From contig ML996707.1 of assembly GCA_010356995.1 (NCBI GenBank), forward strand, positions 310,001 through 374,000: DNA of 64,000 nucleotides, given 5' to 3'. Shown here one piece after another: positions 62,602 to 64,000 of this stretch. Position 1 is the first letter of the stretch, and every line of letters starts with the position of its first letter. Made by a program: the position numbers and the translations under genes. The stretch is from Trichodelitschia bisporula. Lineage: Eukaryota. The notes beneath the pieces are model-generated. The model had not been told where the DNA came from. It searched no databases and saw only the letters and a list, made by a program, of their open reading frames with translations.

Positions 62602-63130
62602 AATCGAATATGGTCTAACTCGGATAGCTGCCATGCATCGCGTGATGTGAAGTGAACTAAACTGAAATAATTACCCCCACCTTGGTGATATGATGAGCCA
62701 CAGATTGGCCTTGCGTACTGCTTAGGAAGGAACATGATCTATTGTGCGTATAGTGGGAGGAAGGGGTAGAGGAGGATACTTAGCATCTATCGTACATTTG
62801 GACTCGAGAGTCTCTATTCTCTTCTATCTGCCCAGATTATGGGTTCGAGTAAGCACATAGCAGAATCGATACATCGAGACATTATCCGCCCTAGGTCATA
62901 TTATTCGTTTCTGGGCGTTAGAACTTCACATTCATCAGGCTATACTTGAAGACTCACATCAGTGATGAACTTCCATCACGCCCATCAACTTCCAAACCTC
63001 ACGAAATCTCAACCGTTATCACAATCTCAAGGGCCTAGGAAGTATATATACACGCCGTCCATCCTCCAACGAATCTTGTTTTCCTCGCCAGTCCTCTCTA
63101 CACCCTATCTCCTCTCCTTCTTCCTTCAAA

Positions 63131-63406
63131 ATGGCTCCCCGCCTCTGGTCCCTGCTAAAAAGGCAAGCCGCCGGCCTGCGCGACGAGCTCCGCGAAAAGA
63201 TCGAAAAGCAAGCCGCTGGGCTCCGCAACGAGCTCCGCGACAAGCTCCCCACTCGCATTCTCACGAAGAAGGGCCGTGGTAAGATGCCTAGGCTTGCGAA
63301 GACGCGGTCGGTTTAGGAGTTTAGCTGCGACGGGGTGTTTGATCTGGGGCCTTTTTGCGATACCGACTTGGAGTTAGGCGTTTTTGGGTTGGTGATAGAA
63401 ATCTAG
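63131..63406 (+). CDS. Array unit 6 mini-gene MAPRLWSLLKRQAAGLRDELREKIEKQAAGLRNELRDKL...; unspliced stop at 63316, spliced (intron 63279-63377) stop at 63406
   Basis: Family motif with internal duplication; central region deleted; TATATA ~85 nt upstream. Confidence 0.6.
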
Positions 63407-63670
63407 AAATTGAAATTAGTCCGATGAAGATAGCAACCATGTGGAAGTGAAATGAAATGATTACCACTAACTTAGAATATGAAGGGAGAGGAGAGGAGCA
63501 AAGGATATTAGTATCGTACATCTTGACTCAAGAGTCTCTACTCTTTTTTGTCCGCCCAGATTGTAGGCTCGAGTAAGCGCGTGTCGGCTCTGGAAAATCG
63601 AGACGTTATCCGGTTGAACTCATTTCCTTAATATACACATTCTTCGTCAATAGGCGTCAGTCTTCCACTA

Positions 63671-63878
63671 GGTGGAGGCGCCCGCCTTGTGGACAGTCAA
63701 AGACTTCATACATATGAAAGACGTGTTGAAGACATCGTACGCTTCAAAGAGTAAGCGTTGAAGGCTTTCACTACGTTCCTCTGCGAGCGTTCCTCTCAAG
63801 CGTCTCTACGAGCGTCTTGCTAGAGCGTAGTGAGCGGTGGCATATTGAAAAGTGTGAGGATACTCGCCAGACTCCACC
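63671..63878. mobile_element. Possible MITE-like 208-bp insertion in the unit 6-7 spacer
   Basis: Ends GGTGGAG...CTCCACC; internal AGCGT repeats; absent from homologous spacers. Confidence 0.35.
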
Positions 63879-64000
63879 AAAAGGCCCAGCATTAGTGATG
63901 AACATCCATCACGTCCATCCCCTCCCAACCCTCAAACCCCCTCACAATCCCGCAGGCCTAGGAAGTTTTAAATAGCGCCGTACGTCCTCCAGCGAATTCT

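Larger units (their letters stand above)
56237..64000 (+). repeat. Head-to-tail tandem array of at least 7 diverged gene-containing units (period ~0.9-1.7 kb); continues past the window end
   Basis: Recurrent block AGTGATGAA..ATCACGTC..CCAAACCTCAC..CTCAACCGAC.TCACAATC.CAAGGGCCTAGGA at ~56332, 57590, 58977, 60192, 61907, 62962, 63895; recurrent spacer blocks GCCTTG.GTACTGCTAGG and CTCGAGAGTCTCTACTCT. Confidence 0.93.

Noticed and set aside
56332..63912. AGTGATGA in each array unit as a C/D snoRNA box C (snoRNA cluster)
   Set aside because: No consistently placed CTGA D box or terminal stem. The motif is half of a dyad and lies upstream of TATA-like boxes and ORFs.
56237..64000. CRISPR-like repeat/spacer array
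   Set aside because: Eukaryotic context, kb-scale degenerate units, no cas genes.
1..64000. tRNA, rRNA, snRNA or telomerase RNA genes
   Set aside because: No convincing T-loop/cloverleaf, snRNA signature or TAACCCTAA template seen by eye. A covariance-model scan would be needed to exclude them fully.

Overview
Eukaryotic, GC-rich filamentous ascomycete (Pezizomycotina) DNA with short GT-AG introns and CTRAC branch sites. Positions 1-50200 are mostly conserved housekeeping genes. In order: Sac-domain phosphoinositide phosphatase, ferric reductase, a repeat-rich orphan, FYVE protein, long-chain alcohol oxidase, SDR, DML1/Misato, LSM7, a Zn-Cys6-like protein, a secreted Pro/Thr-rich protein spanning a 245-N gap, a DPR-repeat dehydrin-like protein, GH51 arabinofuranosidase, SDA1, a PHD-finger protein, carboxypeptidase Y, SDO1/SBDS and RPS18. 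After RPS18 the window becomes accessory-like: a large orphan gene with internal repeats, then from about 56240 to the window end a head-to-tail array of at least 7 diverged ~0.9-1.7 kb units. Each unit has a conserved upstream module with a GTGATG-N6-CATCAC-type dyad. Each complete unit also has a small ORF (units 2-6 begin MA-x2-3-W-x2-LK[KR]Q-x-x-x-L) and a GTGAA-repeat tail, and units 3-6 share a 96-99 nt 3' intron. Several copies are disabled, and three spacers carry insertions, one containing a ~98-bp-arm fold-back. This array is the best candidate for an undescribed system. All calls are from reading motifs by eye; no database searches were run, and some exon boundaries are approximate.
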